DNA of 64,000 nucleotides from a virus, in the IMG/VR virus record IMGVR_UViG_3300008459_000008, positions 32,001-96,000 of that record; one strand, written 5' to 3'. The notes under the pieces were generated by a model. That model saw nothing but the letters and a program-made list of their open reading frames with translations, was not told the origin of the DNA and made no database searches. Both the position numbers and the translations under genes were made by a program. Of the stretch, positions 10,356 to 22,375 are shown piece after piece (within the stretch, counting starts at the first letter, position 1; each line of letters starts with the position of its first letter).

Positions 10356-13300
10356 ATGAAAAACATTTTATTATACCTTAGTTGTTTGTTAATTACATCC
10401 AACTTATTTTCTCAAGTAAAGATGGATGTTTGGAATAAAAATCCAAACACATCTCGTACTATAGCAAAAATAAATCCATCCAAATTACCAGTGTCATTCG
10501 AATCGACTTTACCAGATGGTTCAACAGAAATTTATGATAAATGGAACGTCTCTGACATTGAAGTAGAAACATCAACAAAGAAAAAATATACTTTCAAACC
10601 AAATGCTTATAAAGCAAGAAAAAATTTAAGTATTTTGACATATACTGAAAATGGTTGGGAAGGTATGTATCAATCACCTGATGGTTCATCTTATTCAATG
10701 AATCCCACCAGTGTTACTAAAGATGATACAAGACCACAAGGAACTCTAGGTGGTTGTGAAACGATGATTCCGGCAAATATTACGATAAACAAAATACCAG
10801 AGAGAACTCCACAAACATCAAATTTATTAACAAATACTCAATATTATGACCCTGCTATAACAATAAATAAAAATTTAACAGTGTATGCAGAGGTGACAAA
10901 TGACTTACACGTTTCACTAGGAAATAATTTAACAACAACACAAAACTGGGTCACTAATTTGTTTCTTGCAGTTTCCAATATTTACGCTCAGGAAGGTCTG
11001 ACAGTCACATTGAATAAAATTTATGTCTGGCAGTCTGTTGATCCGTATGGTTATCAAACCACAACAACTTCGTCATGTATCCTAGGGGGTGGGTCCCTTT
11101 ATGGATCAGCATTCTGTACCGGTTTTACTGATAATATTAAAAATAATCTACCAGTCAATCCAAATAACACCACGACTAATGTGACATCTCATTTCAAACA
11201 TCTATTACATGGTAGAGGTTCTTTAGGTGGTATAGCTTGGTTAGGAGGCAACTCTGATGGATACAATCCTGATACTTGGAATGTAGTCGGAACGAATTTA
11301 TCAACCGCAGTGTCAGGTTTCACGAGCACGACAATCCCTTCACAAGCTACCACAGGTTATAACTGGCCAGTATATGTCACCGCACATGAGATGGGACACA
11401 ATTGTGGTTCCTCACACACACAGTTTTGTAGGTGGAGAAATGATCAAGGTGCCTATTTAGGTAGATTAGATAGCTGTTATAAAGGAGAAAATTACAATTC
11501 TACGGGATATTGTACTCAAGAAACTGTAGAACCTTGTCCTGCCAACTGTACTCAAACCACATATCTAACCACTAAACCAAATAATAATGGTACAATAATG
11601 AGTTACTGTCATTTGAATGGTTCTGTAAACTTGTCATCAAGATTTGGTAAATATCCAAGATTTGCTATGAGAAGTTCTGTGGATAGGACCCCATACATAC
11701 TCAATCCAATCTCAACTTTACCAGAAGTCGCGTCCGCAAATGTCACTTCTATAACATCTTTTACAGCTACTTGTGGAGGGAATGTGACATTTGGTGGTGG
11801 TTCAGGTGTAACCGCAAGAGGAGTATGTTGGGCCCCTTACCCAACAGAGCCTACAACCGCCAACTCTAAAACCCTCGATGGTACAGGAACTGGATCATTC
11901 ACTAGTGTTATGACTAATTTGACACCAGCGGTGACTCTTTATGTAAGAGCGTATGCAACTAATTCTGCCGGAACTTCATACGGAGGATTAAGACTTTTCA
12001 CACCAGGTCCGCCAGTACCACCAGTTTTGACAACAGTGCCTATCAATACCGTAGGACAAACAACAGCAAAATCAGGTGGTACAATTTCAAGCGGTGGTGG
12101 GGGAACTATTACTAGAAAAGGTGTTGTTTGGAGTATATTCCCCATACCTGATAATACTACTATAAACTCGGAGATTGGTAATACGAATGATGGTACTGGA
12201 ACTGCGAACTTTACAAGTTCAATAACAGGCCTTACTCTTGGTGTAACTTATTACGTGAGAGCATATGCAGAAAATGAGTATGGTGTCGGTTGGGGTAGTG
12301 AATTAACATTCACAACTAGTACTGCTACTACACCATCATTAACAACCAATTCAGTTACTACATTCACAAATACAACAGCAACTATGGGTGGTAATGTAAC
12401 TGCGTCCGGTGGAGCCTCAGTTTCAAGACGAGGTGTTTGTTATGCGACTACTCAAAATCCCACAATCGCTAATACTGTAGTAAATATAGGTACTGGTACT
12501 GGCACTTTTTCACAAAGTGTGACTGGATTGAGTCAAGGTGTAACCTATTATGTGAGAGCCTTTGCAGAAAACCAAGCTGGTCTTAATTATGGCACTCAAG
12601 TTAGTTTCAAAACATTGACTATCCCATCTGTGTCAACCACCGCAGCTACTAATTTAGCAACAACATCATTTACTACAGGTGGTAATGTAACATCTGCCGG
12701 TGGTGGCAGTCTTACTGTTACTGCTAGAGGTGTTTGTTATTCTACCTCAACTAGTCCGTCTCTGACTAATGGTACTGTGTTATCAATTGGAACCGGAACT
12801 GGCACATTCACAACAAACATCACTGCATTGACACAAGGCGTCACATACTATGTGAGAGCTTATGCAACTAATACTTATGGTACTGCTTATGGAAGTCAAA
12901 TCACTGTCAAGACACTGACTGTACCAACAGTCACTACTACGGCTTCAACAGCTCTGTCTAAGACAGGTTTCACAACTGGTGGTAATGTAACTTCAGCAGG
13001 AGGTGGTACCTTATCAGTCACTGAAAGGGGTATTGTTTATTCAACAACGGTACAAGATCCAACTACATCCAATACAAAGGTTTTAGCAGCAACACCAACA
13101 GGTACGGGATCTTATACAATAAGTTTGACGGGTTTAACACCTGGTACAATTTATTATGTTAGAGCTTATGCAATAAATTCAGTAGGTACTGGTTACGGTT
13201 CTCGTATAACAGTGACCACTCCAAGTGAACCAGTATTATCAACAACTTCGATAACATCTATATCAACTACAACAGCATCATCTGGTGGAACAATTACATC

Positions 13301-15092
13301 AAGTTCGGGATCAACAGTTACTGCTAGGGGGGTTTGTTATTCCACATCTCCAAATCCTACGACCGCAAACACAACCACAAGTAATGGGACTGGAACAGGT
13401 ACATTTACAAGTAGTCTAACTGGACTATCTCCTTCTACTACATATTATGTAAAGGCATACGCAATTAACACCACTGGTACGGGTTATGGTAATGAATTAT
13501 CATTTACTACGACATCTTCTGGATCTTTTCCATCACTAACAACTACTGCAGCAAGTGGTATATCTCAAACTACTGCATCTTCTGGTGGAAATGTGACTGC
13601 TGATGGTGGTTCAACGGTCACCGCAAGAGGAATTTGTTACGCAACCACACAAAATCCAACCCTATCAAATACGGTAGTAAATAGTGGTTCGGGTACTGGT
13701 GTTTTTACAAGTTCATTATCTGGATTGACACCAAACACTACTTATTATATCAGAGCCTTTGCTACAAATTCAAATGGAACAAATTTCGGAACACAAGTTT
13801 CTTTTACGACTTTATCCTCAATTACATTTCCCATTTTAACAACAAATACAGTGACATCCATAACTTCAACATCAGCAACTTCTGGTGGTAATATTACAAG
13901 TGATGGTGGTGCTACTGTCACTGCAAGGGGGGTTTGTTATGCCACAACACAAAATCCAACGACCTCAAATACAGTGATTACAAGTGGTTCAGGTACTGGA
14001 ACATTTTCAGTGTCGATCACTGGTCTTACAAGTGGTGTAACCTATTATGTTAGATCTTATGCTACTAATTCAGCGGGCACAAATTATGGAACCCAACAAT
14101 CTTTTACAACTTTGGTCTTTCCTTCATTATCTACTACTTCCGCGACTAGTGTCACTTCTACAACTGCGACAACCGGAGGTAATGTAACTTCAGATGGTGG
14201 GGCTACAGTAACCGCTAGAGGTGTGTGTTATGCAACAACACAAACCCCAACCCTTTCAAATTCATTCACATCAAATGGTACCGGTGTGGGATCATTTACC
14301 AGTAGTTTAACTGGTCTAACTCAGAATACTACTTACTATGTAAGAGCTTATGCGACTAATTCAGTTGGTACAAATTATGGTAGTCAAATCAGTTTTACGA
14401 CTACTACTGGTGAGACTTTACCTACTGTAACGACTACCGCAGTGACTTCTGTGACTTCGAACAGTGCCTCTTCAGGTGGAAATGTTACAAGTTCTGGTTC
14501 ACAATCTGTAACATCTAGAGGAGTAGTCTGGTCGACCTCAATAGATCCTACAGTGTCATTGACTACAAAAACTGTCAATGGTAGTGGAACAGGTACTTTC
14601 ACTAGTTCAATAACATCACTATCAGCTTCTACTACTTATTATGTAAGAGCTTATGCTACGAGTTCTGTTGGTACTGGTTATGGTAATAATGTTCAATTCA
14701 CAACATCATCATCACCTACAGCATCTTGCACAGTGACTACTTTTGCACCATACCAATTAAATGGTTTTTGGAGATTTAAATGGAATTTGAATTCGAATTG
14801 TAACAGCTACACTGTCACTGTAAGTAGATATAATTATACGAGTTCTTCTGTCCAACCTCCAGTTGGAGCAACACCTGTTGCTACAGGTGCTAGATTGACC
14901 AACTATGTTCCCACGACCAATGAAATTTCTCAAGGATTTATTGACCAACAAATGAATCCCCAACCTGCTACCACTGGATATTGGTACAGTTTTGATGTAA
15001 AATGTAATGCAACTTCTTGTAGTGGTTCAAACACTACTAGATCACCTTACTTCTATGTAGGTACTACTCCAGCATCGACAATCGGTAAATAA
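10356..15092 (+). CDS. Secreted-type M12B/reprolysin-like zinc metalloprotease with 10 FN3-like repeats (paralog 1)
   Basis: Signal peptide ending LFS|Q; HEMGHNCGSSH zinc motif; IMSY Met-turn; ten ~98-aa GGNVT..RGVC(W/Y)..YYVRAYATN repeats; Cys-containing C-terminal domain. Confidence 0.85.
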   Translation: MKNILLYLSCLLITSNLFSQVKMDVWNKNPNTSRTIAKINPSKLPVSFESTLPDGSTEIYDKWNVSDIEVETSTKKKYTFKPNAYKARKNLSILTYTENGWEGMYQSPDGSSYSMNPTSVTKDDTRPQGTLGGCETMIPANITINKIPERTPQTSNLLTNTQYYDPAITINKNLTVYAEVTNDLHVSLGNNLTTTQNWVTNLFLAVSNIYAQEGLTVTLNKIYVWQSVDPYGYQTTTTSSCILGGGSLYGSAFCTGFTDNIKNNLPVNPNNTTTNVTSHFKHLLHGRGSLGGIAWLGGNSDGYNPDTWNVVGTNLSTAVSGFTSTTIPSQATTGYNWPVYVTAHEMGHNCGSSHTQFCRWRNDQGAYLGRLDSCYKGENYNSTGYCTQETVEPCPANCTQTTYLTTKPNNNGTIMSYCHLNGSVNLSSRFGKYPRFAMRSSVDRTPYILNPISTLPEVASANVTSITSFTATCGGNVTFGGGSGVTARGVCWAPYPTEPTTANSKTLDGTGTGSFTSVMTNLTPAVTLYVRAYATNSAGTSYGGLRLFTPGPPVPPVLTTVPINTVGQTTAKSGGTISSGGGGTITRKGVVWSIFPIPDNTTINSEIGNTNDGTGTANFTSSITGLTLGVTYYVRAYAENEYGVGWGSELTFTTSTATTPSLTTNSVTTFTNTTATMGGNVTASGGASVSRRGVCYATTQNPTIANTVVNIGTGTGTFSQSVTGLSQGVTYYVRAFAENQAGLNYGTQVSFKTLTIPSVSTTAATNLATTSFTTGGNVTSAGGGSLTVTARGVCYSTSTSPSLTNGTVLSIGTGTGTFTTNITALTQGVTYYVRAYATNTYGTAYGSQITVKTLTVPTVTTTASTALSKTGFTTGGNVTSAGGGTLSVTERGIVYSTTVQDPTTSNTKVLAATPTGTGSYTISLTGLTPGTIYYVRAYAINSVGTGYGSRITVTTPSEPVLSTTSITSISTTTASSGGTITSSSGSTVTARGVCYSTSPNPTTANTTTSNGTGTGTFTSSLTGLSPSTTYYVKAYAINTTGTGYGNELSFTTTSSGSFPSLTTTAASGISQTTASSGGNVTADGGSTVTARGICYATTQNPTLSNTVVNSGSGTGVFTSSLSGLTPNTTYYIRAFATNSNGTNFGTQVSFTTLSSITFPILTTNTVTSITSTSATSGGNITSDGGATVTARGVCYATTQNPTTSNTVITSGSGTGTFSVSITGLTSGVTYYVRSYATNSAGTNYGTQQSFTTLVFPSLSTTSATSVTSTTATTGGNVTSDGGATVTARGVCYATTQTPTLSNSFTSNGTGVGSFTSSLTGLTQNTTYYVRAYATNSVGTNYGSQISFTTTTGETLPTVTTTAVTSVTSNSASSGGNVTSSGSQSVTSRGVVWSTSIDPTVSLTTKTVNGSGTGTFTSSITSLSASTTYYVRAYATSSVGTGYGNNVQFTTSSSPTASCTVTTFAPYQLNGFWRFKWNLNSNCNSYTVTVSRYNYTSSSVQPPVGATPVATGARLTNYVPTTNEISQGFIDQQMNPQPATTGYWYSFDVKCNATSCSGSNTTRSPYFYVGTTPASTIGK

Positions 15093-15148
15093 GGAATTAT
15101 CCTCAAATAAAATTTGAATATATACAAAAAAAACATATCAAATACAAA

Positions 15149-18100
15149 ATGAAAAAGTTTCTGTTCTTTCTAACAAGTTTGATTTTAACGTTGAATTCGT
15201 TTGGTCAAGTGAAATTGAACGTTTGGGACAAAAATCCAAATGTATCTAAAACAATCAATAATATAAAACCGAATAATTTACCAAAAACATTCGAGTCGTT
15301 GACACCGGATGGTGAAAAAACCATCTATGATAGATGGGAAGTTCCAGCTATAACAGTTGTGTCATCTAAAGGTAAGTCATACACAACAAAACCAGTGGCT
15401 TACAAATCAAGAAATGGATTTGGTGTCTTAACCTATTCCAAAAATGGGTGGCAGGGTTTACATTCTGGTAGGAGTGGTAAATTTTACTCAATGACACCTT
15501 CAAAGGTTAATGAGGACACATCGTCATTGAGATCAGTCGAAGAATATTGTGGAGGTGCAGGTTTACAACCAAGTAGCCAAAATATTGATCAAAAAAAAGA
15601 CACAAAAAAGACTCCGTCGGTCGGTAGATTAACTAATAGTGATTTTTATAATCCATTAGTACCAATCAATAAAACTTGTAGTGTTTATGCAGAAATTGCT
15701 TTTGATCTACATACTGCGTTGGGTGGAAATCTAGCTACAACTGAAGATTGGGTTACGAGACTTTTTCTAGGTATATCACAAATCTATTTGAATGAGGGTA
15801 TAACAATATACTTGAATAAAGTTTATGTTTGGGAAGCGTTAGACCCATATGGATATACCACACAAACAGGTACACAGGATGTAGTTAGAAGTAATGTACT
15901 CAATCTATTCGGTGGAAAAATTTTAAATAATCTTCCAACCAATCCAAATTCAAACTTTAAACATTTACTTACTAATGCTACTTATGGGGGAGTTGCTTAC
16001 TACGGACCATTCACACCATCAGATGGATACACTCCCGCAAGCGATTTATTCGGTCCGACCAGTAGAGTAGGTCTATCTAGTATGAGTAACAAACTAGAGA
16101 TAGCATCAACACCAACAGATTTAAGTGTTTACAACGATAGAAGATGGTGTTTACTTGTAGTTGCTCATGAGTTAGGTCATAATTTTGGTTCAAGACACAC
16201 ACAGTGGTGTGGTTGGAAAAGTGATGTTGGTACACTAATTGGTAGACTAGACTCTTGTACAAATGGTGAAACTTCAAATCCACTAGGACCTAATTGTGGA
16301 GCAACTAGCTACCCATCATATAAACCGACCATAATGAGTTATTGTCAGTTCCATCAGAATGCTCCTGCTTTTTCACAATTTTTATCCAATGGTTTTGGAA
16401 AGTATCCTAGATTTAGTATAAGGACTGGATTAGCCAATTCATCAGACATACCTTATACAAATGCTTCGATACCAACACTTACCACAACCCCAATAGTTAC
16501 CTATACCGCTACAACTGCTACATCGGGTGGTAACATCACAAGTGATGGTGGTGCTAATGTAACCTCGAGAGGGGTGTGTTGGTCAACATCACCAAACCCG
16601 ACAATATCGGGATCAAGAACTCTTGATGGTTCCTTTTCAGGGAGTTTTACTAGTAACATCACAGGTCTTTTAGGTGGAATAACTTATTACGTCAGAGCTT
16701 ATGCAACCAATCAAGCCGGAACTGCTTATGGTAATGAAGTTAGTTTCACTACATCAGTACCCCTTGTACCAACACTATCGTCAACAACCGCCGCAACATC
16801 TATCACCAATAACAGCGCAACATCAGGTGGTAATGTGAGTGCAAATGGTGGTGGTTCAATTACCGCTAGGGGTGTTTGTTGGTCAACTTCAACAACCCCA
16901 ACAATATCAAATTCGAGAACTAATGATGCTGTAGGTACAGGTACAGGCTCTTTCACAAGTAGTTTGACGGGTCTATCAGCTGGTACAACATACTATGTAA
17001 GATCTTACGCAACAAACAGTGCAGGAACGGGTTATGGACCACAGATAACATTCTCAACATTTTCCGCATCTTCAATACTTATAAACACTACTGCTCTTAC
17101 GGGATTAGCTCCCAAAAACGTGACGACGGGTGGAACAATTACTTCAGACGGAGGTTCTGCAGTGACAGCAAGAGGGGTGTGTTGGTCAACAACAAGCCCA
17201 CCAACTATATCGAATAGTAAGGTCAATACTGGAACAGGTACAGGAACGTATACAAGTACGGTTAGTGGATTATCTCCATCTACGACATATTATTTGAGGT
17301 CATTTGCTACAAACTCTAGTGGTACAACATATGGTAATGAACTCTCCTTTACAACCACATCTGTTCCAACATTCATTAATGGTACTCCTAGTTATGTCTC
17401 ACAAACATCTATAAAAACCAATTACACTATAAGTTTTCCAAATCAATCGTTTTCCAGCCATGCTTTGGGTGCTTCAACGACAAACCCACCGGATTCCTAT
17501 AATCTGAATTCATCATCTTATACTTTTAATTCTGTATCAGGAACATACCAATCACTTCTCGGTAGAAAATCGACTTCACAAGGTCTTCAACCTTCAACGA
17601 CATATTTTATTAGACCTATAGCAACAGACATATATGATAATTTCTATTACGGACCAATAACACAAGCTACTACGCTTGCTCCTTCTCTACCTGTCTGTAC
17701 TACGTATGTTGCAACTGAAGTTAGTACCCCGACTACAAATGCATCGACCGCTAAATTGAGTGGTAAAGTTACATCAATAGGTGGGGCTATCACAGAAAGA
17801 GGTTTTTGTTATTCTACAACACAAAATCCAACCACATCAAATAGTAAAGTTACTACAACAACTTGTTCATCGGATGATGATTGTTTATTATCATTTACAA
17901 ACACAGTGGCTAATTTTACTCCTGGTACTACCTACTATGTAAGATCCTACGCGATAAATCCAAGTGGTGTTGGTTATGGGAATCAAGTATCATTCACAAC
18001 ACCGATTTATGTCTATCAAGGACCACCAATAGTCGTTATTGACTCAATCAGAAACATCTCAACTGTTGGTGCTAAACTTTATGGTCGAGTGACAAACAGA

Positions 18101-21100
18101 GGGGGTTCTGATTGTGTATTGAGTAGTGGATGTAGAGGTGTAGTTATAAGTGCAGTCACAAATAGTCCATCGAGTGGATGTGGAGTAGATGCAAACTTTG
18201 ATCCTATATGTTGGTCATTTGTTGAAACTCCAAATGTTCAAAGTATAACAGGTGCTTTTGAAGTGGATTTCCAGGCAGGCAATCAATTGATGAAAGCAAA
18301 TACAACTTATTATGTTAGGGCATACGCCACTAATTTTTTCGCAAATAACCAAAACAATTACGGATACTCCGCAACAAGTACATTTAAAACATTATTAACT
18401 GGAACAACACCCCTACTTTATACCAACACTACTGTGAGTATCACAACCACGAGCGCAACAAGTGGTGGATTTATAACTTCACAGGGTGGTGCAAGTGTCA
18501 CTCAAAAGGGAGTAGTGTGGTCTACATCTCCAAATCCAACCACATCACTTTCTACAAAAACTTCTAATGGAACAGGCACTGCAGCTTATTCAAGTAATAT
18601 GACAGGTCTCACACCTAATACTTTATACTATGTAAGAGCATACGCTGTAAATAGTTTTGGAACATCTTATGGTCCTCAAGTACAATTCACTACAAATGCG
18701 AGTGCCGGACTAGCCACATTAACAACTACATCAGTCACAAATTTATCTACAACATCGGTGACATCAGGTGGTAACATTACAAACAGTGGTGGTACAAATG
18801 TTACTGCAAGAGGCGTATGTTACTCCACATCAACTAACCCAACAATAACTAACGGCACAGTTGTCGCGAGTGGTTCTGGTACAGGATCGTTCACAACAAA
18901 TATCACTGGATTGATTCAAGGTAATACTTATTTTTTAAGGGCTTTTGCTACAAATACTTCCGGTACAAGTTATGGTAATCAAGTACAAATCACTACACTA
19001 ACACTACCATCAATAACCACTACCGTCGCAAGTAATGTAACCAGCACAACAGTAATTACTGGTGGTAATGTAACATCGGATGGTGGTTCGACTATTACGG
19101 AAAGAGGTGTCTGTTATGAAACAACACAGAACCCAACTACAGGAAATTTTAAACTAGTATCAACTGGCACGACAGGTACGTTTACATCAAACATAACTGA
19201 CTTGACACCAGGCACAACTTACTATGTAAGGGCATACGCTATAAATTCTGTAGGAACTCAATACGGAACTCAAATAAGTTTTACTACCACCGCAGCACAA
19301 ACAGTACCCACTGTGACAACAACTAATCCAACATCTATCACAACTAACACGGTAAGTAGTGGTGGTACTGTTAGTTCGGATGGTAATTCCACGGTTTCAT
19401 CAAGAGGTGTTGTTTGGTCAACATCTTCGGGTCCAACAATCAATCTTACAACTAAAACGGTTAATGGTAGTGGAACTGGTAGTTTCACAAGTTCAGTTGG
19501 AGGTCTTTTACCGGGTGTACTTTACTACATAAGAGCTTATGCTACAAATTCAATTGGTACATCTTATGGTTCAGAATTCACATTCACCACTTTAACAACT
19601 ACACCCACATTATCTTCTACCATTACAGCATCAAATATAACTCAGACCTCAGCAATCTCAGGAGGAAACGTTACAAGTGATGGTGGGATAACAATTACTG
19701 AAAGGGGGGTATGTTGGTCAACATCAAGTAATCCGACTGTTAGTCTAAGTACAAAAACAATAGATGGATCTGGTGTTGGTAGTTTTGTTAGCGATCTCAC
19801 AGGATTATCTGCGAGTACTACTTATTATGTTAGAGCTTACGCTACTAATTCAAATGGTACTAGTTATGGAACACAAATATCATTTACTACTTTATCATCA
19901 ACTACGGTTCCTACTGTCACAACCACAACCGCCTCATCAATTACATTAACATCGGCCGTATCAGGTGGTAATGTGACTTCGGACGGAGGTACTGTTGTGA
20001 CTGTGAGGGGGGTAGTTTGGTCTACATCTCCTTCACCGACAGTATCTTTAACAACTAAAACTCAAGATGGTACAGGAATTGGTACGTTTACAAGCTCTAT
20101 GACCGGTTTAACCGCGTCAACAATTTACTATTATAGAGCATATGCGACTAACTCTCAAGGGACATCATATGGTAATCAACTATCATTTACCACCACTGCA
20201 AACTTACCTGTTGTGACAACAACAAACGTAAGTTCCGTCACACTCACAGGTGCTGTTTCTGGTGGTAACGTAACATCAACTGGTGGAGCAACAGTCACAG
20301 CAAGAGGGGTATGTTGGTCAACATCACCTAATCCTACAATATTGAACTCAAAGACAACTGATGGAAGTGGGACTGGTACATTTACAAGTACTATCTCTAA
20401 TTTATCACAAAATACAACCTATTATGTCAGAGCATACGCAACTAACTCATCTGGTACCGCATATGGGACAGAATTACAATTCATCACATCAAACACATCT
20501 TTACCAACTGTTAATACAACATCTGTCACATCTATAGATTTCACAAGTGCTATATCTGGAGGTAATGTGGTATCAGACGGTAATTCAACAGTGACATCGA
20601 GAGGTGTGGTGTGGTCTGAAACACAAAATCCAACCCTTAGTAATTCATTTACAGTAGATGATAATGGTACTGGTACATTTACAAGTAATCTCACAAATTT
20701 GACTGCCGGCGTCACATATTATGTAAGAGCGTATGCAACAAATTCCTTAGGTACATCATATGGAAACCAAGTATCATTCGCAACAATACCTGGTCAAGCA
20801 CCAGAGGTATCAACAAACATTATAAATAACGTCACATCCACTAATGCTGAAGTTGTTTATAGTATAAACTCAATAGGTGGTGGAACATTATCATTAAAAG
20901 GTATTTGTTATTCTACATCTCCGAACCCCACAACATCTAATCAGAAGGTAGAAGAAGTCTGTGCAATTGAGACCCCATGTGAGATCGGTCAATATACAAT
21001 TACTTTCATAAATCCATTGTCTCCAAATGTGACTTATTATGTAAGAGCCTACGCAACAAGTGAATTTGGAACCTCATATGGAGAAGAACTTTCCTTCACA

Positions 21101-22360
21101 ACATTGATTAATTTCCCAACACTCACAACCACATCTATATCTGAAATAACATCAACTACAGCTAGTAGTGGTGGTACTATAGTAGACGTGGGTGGTGGGT
21201 CTATAAGTGCGAAGGGAGTTTGTTGGTCAACTTCATCAAATCCTACACTTAATAATTCATTCACAACTGATGGAAGTGGTCCGAATTTCTTCTCTAGTCA
21301 AATTACAGGATTATTACCTGGTGTGTTATACTATGTAAGATCATACGCCACTAATCAAACTGGTACAAATTATGGAAATCAAGTTACGTTCACTACAATA
21401 TCAGTGTCTGTACCTACACTAACAACAAATAGCGTCACTTCAATTACTAACTCATCTGCTATATCCGGTGGAAATATCACATCAGATGGGGGGTCTACTA
21501 TAACAGCAAGGGGAGTTGTTTATTCCACATCACAAAATCCAACCTTATCAAATAATAGAACGTTTGACGGTTCGGGAATTGGTTCGTTTAGTTCTTCTAT
21601 AACTGGTTTATCACCTGGTGTTACCTATTATGTTAGATCATATGCGACCACATCGGGTGGTACAGGATACGGACAACAAAATATTTTTACAACTTCTGGT
21701 TCAATTCCAACTGTATCTACCACCACAATTACAAACATTAGCTCGTCAGGTGCGACGTCTGGTGGTAATGTAACATCGTCTGGCGGATCTTCAATCACTT
21801 CTAGAGGGGTTGTTTGGTCAACATCTCCAAATCCAACTGTATCTTTATCAACCAAGACATCAAATGGAACAGGAACAGGAATATTTACAAGTACAATAAT
21901 CGGATTATCCCCATCAACACTTTATTATGTTAGATCTTACGCTACAAACAGTACAGGTACTGCATATGGTACAGAGTTAACATTTACAACTTCATTGAGT
22001 GGTGGTGGAAGTTGTGCGATTGGTGGTCTAACAGTTACAAGAGTTAATAATGCTTGGAACTTTACATTTAACATAAATCCAAATTGTACAAGTTATACGG
22101 TGAACGTGTGTAGATATTCAAATACTAACCCAGCAATACCACCAACTGCAGGTCAAACACCAGTAGCATGTGCGGTTAGAAATAACATGACTAGTTATGT
22201 ACCAACTTCTTCGGAAATAAGCGCTGGTGTTATAACAAGAGTGATGAGTCCACCACCAGCCAATACCGGTGTGTGGTACAGTGTTGACGTAACTTGTAAT
22301 GGTACTTGTACAGGTACCAAAACTACTAGGTCTGCATATTTCTATAATCCAATCCCATAA
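15149..22360 (+). CDS. Secreted-type M12B-like metalloprotease with 18 FN3-like repeats (paralog 2)
   Basis: Signal peptide ending SFG|Q; HELGHNFGSRH; IMSY; 18 YYVRxYAxN-type repeats; shared C-terminal domain. Confidence 0.85.
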   Translation: MKKFLFFLTSLILTLNSFGQVKLNVWDKNPNVSKTINNIKPNNLPKTFESLTPDGEKTIYDRWEVPAITVVSSKGKSYTTKPVAYKSRNGFGVLTYSKNGWQGLHSGRSGKFYSMTPSKVNEDTSSLRSVEEYCGGAGLQPSSQNIDQKKDTKKTPSVGRLTNSDFYNPLVPINKTCSVYAEIAFDLHTALGGNLATTEDWVTRLFLGISQIYLNEGITIYLNKVYVWEALDPYGYTTQTGTQDVVRSNVLNLFGGKILNNLPTNPNSNFKHLLTNATYGGVAYYGPFTPSDGYTPASDLFGPTSRVGLSSMSNKLEIASTPTDLSVYNDRRWCLLVVAHELGHNFGSRHTQWCGWKSDVGTLIGRLDSCTNGETSNPLGPNCGATSYPSYKPTIMSYCQFHQNAPAFSQFLSNGFGKYPRFSIRTGLANSSDIPYTNASIPTLTTTPIVTYTATTATSGGNITSDGGANVTSRGVCWSTSPNPTISGSRTLDGSFSGSFTSNITGLLGGITYYVRAYATNQAGTAYGNEVSFTTSVPLVPTLSSTTAATSITNNSATSGGNVSANGGGSITARGVCWSTSTTPTISNSRTNDAVGTGTGSFTSSLTGLSAGTTYYVRSYATNSAGTGYGPQITFSTFSASSILINTTALTGLAPKNVTTGGTITSDGGSAVTARGVCWSTTSPPTISNSKVNTGTGTGTYTSTVSGLSPSTTYYLRSFATNSSGTTYGNELSFTTTSVPTFINGTPSYVSQTSIKTNYTISFPNQSFSSHALGASTTNPPDSYNLNSSSYTFNSVSGTYQSLLGRKSTSQGLQPSTTYFIRPIATDIYDNFYYGPITQATTLAPSLPVCTTYVATEVSTPTTNASTAKLSGKVTSIGGAITERGFCYSTTQNPTTSNSKVTTTTCSSDDDCLLSFTNTVANFTPGTTYYVRSYAINPSGVGYGNQVSFTTPIYVYQGPPIVVIDSIRNISTVGAKLYGRVTNRGGSDCVLSSGCRGVVISAVTNSPSSGCGVDANFDPICWSFVETPNVQSITGAFEVDFQAGNQLMKANTTYYVRAYATNFFANNQNNYGYSATSTFKTLLTGTTPLLYTNTTVSITTTSATSGGFITSQGGASVTQKGVVWSTSPNPTTSLSTKTSNGTGTAAYSSNMTGLTPNTLYYVRAYAVNSFGTSYGPQVQFTTNASAGLATLTTTSVTNLSTTSVTSGGNITNSGGTNVTARGVCYSTSTNPTITNGTVVASGSGTGSFTTNITGLIQGNTYFLRAFATNTSGTSYGNQVQITTLTLPSITTTVASNVTSTTVITGGNVTSDGGSTITERGVCYETTQNPTTGNFKLVSTGTTGTFTSNITDLTPGTTYYVRAYAINSVGTQYGTQISFTTTAAQTVPTVTTTNPTSITTNTVSSGGTVSSDGNSTVSSRGVVWSTSSGPTINLTTKTVNGSGTGSFTSSVGGLLPGVLYYIRAYATNSIGTSYGSEFTFTTLTTTPTLSSTITASNITQTSAISGGNVTSDGGITITERGVCWSTSSNPTVSLSTKTIDGSGVGSFVSDLTGLSASTTYYVRAYATNSNGTSYGTQISFTTLSSTTVPTVTTTTASSITLTSAVSGGNVTSDGGTVVTVRGVVWSTSPSPTVSLTTKTQDGTGIGTFTSSMTGLTASTIYYYRAYATNSQGTSYGNQLSFTTTANLPVVTTTNVSSVTLTGAVSGGNVTSTGGATVTARGVCWSTSPNPTILNSKTTDGSGTGTFTSTISNLSQNTTYYVRAYATNSSGTAYGTELQFITSNTSLPTVNTTSVTSIDFTSAISGGNVVSDGNSTVTSRGVVWSETQNPTLSNSFTVDDNGTGTFTSNLTNLTAGVTYYVRAYATNSLGTSYGNQVSFATIPGQAPEVSTNIINNVTSTNAEVVYSINSIGGGTLSLKGICYSTSPNPTTSNQKVEEVCAIETPCEIGQYTITFINPLSPNVTYYVRAYATSEFGTSYGEELSFTTLINFPTLTTTSISEITSTTASSGGTIVDVGGGSISAKGVCWSTSSNPTLNNSFTTDGSGPNFFSSQITGLLPGVLYYVRSYATNQTGTNYGNQVTFTTISVSVPTLTTNSVTSITNSSAISGGNITSDGGSTITARGVVYSTSQNPTLSNNRTFDGSGIGSFSSSITGLSPGVTYYVRSYATTSGGTGYGQQNIFTTSGSIPTVSTTTITNISSSGATSGGNVTSSGGSSITSRGVVWSTSPNPTVSLSTKTSNGTGTGIFTSTIIGLSPSTLYYVRSYATNSTGTAYGTELTFTTSLSGGGSCAIGGLTVTRVNNAWNFTFNINPNCTSYTVNVCRYSNTNPAIPPTAGQTPVACAVRNNMTSYVPTSSEISAGVITRVMSPPPANTGVWYSVDVTCNGTCTGTKTTRSAYFYNPIP

Positions 22361-22375
22361 AAAAACTAAAATTGA

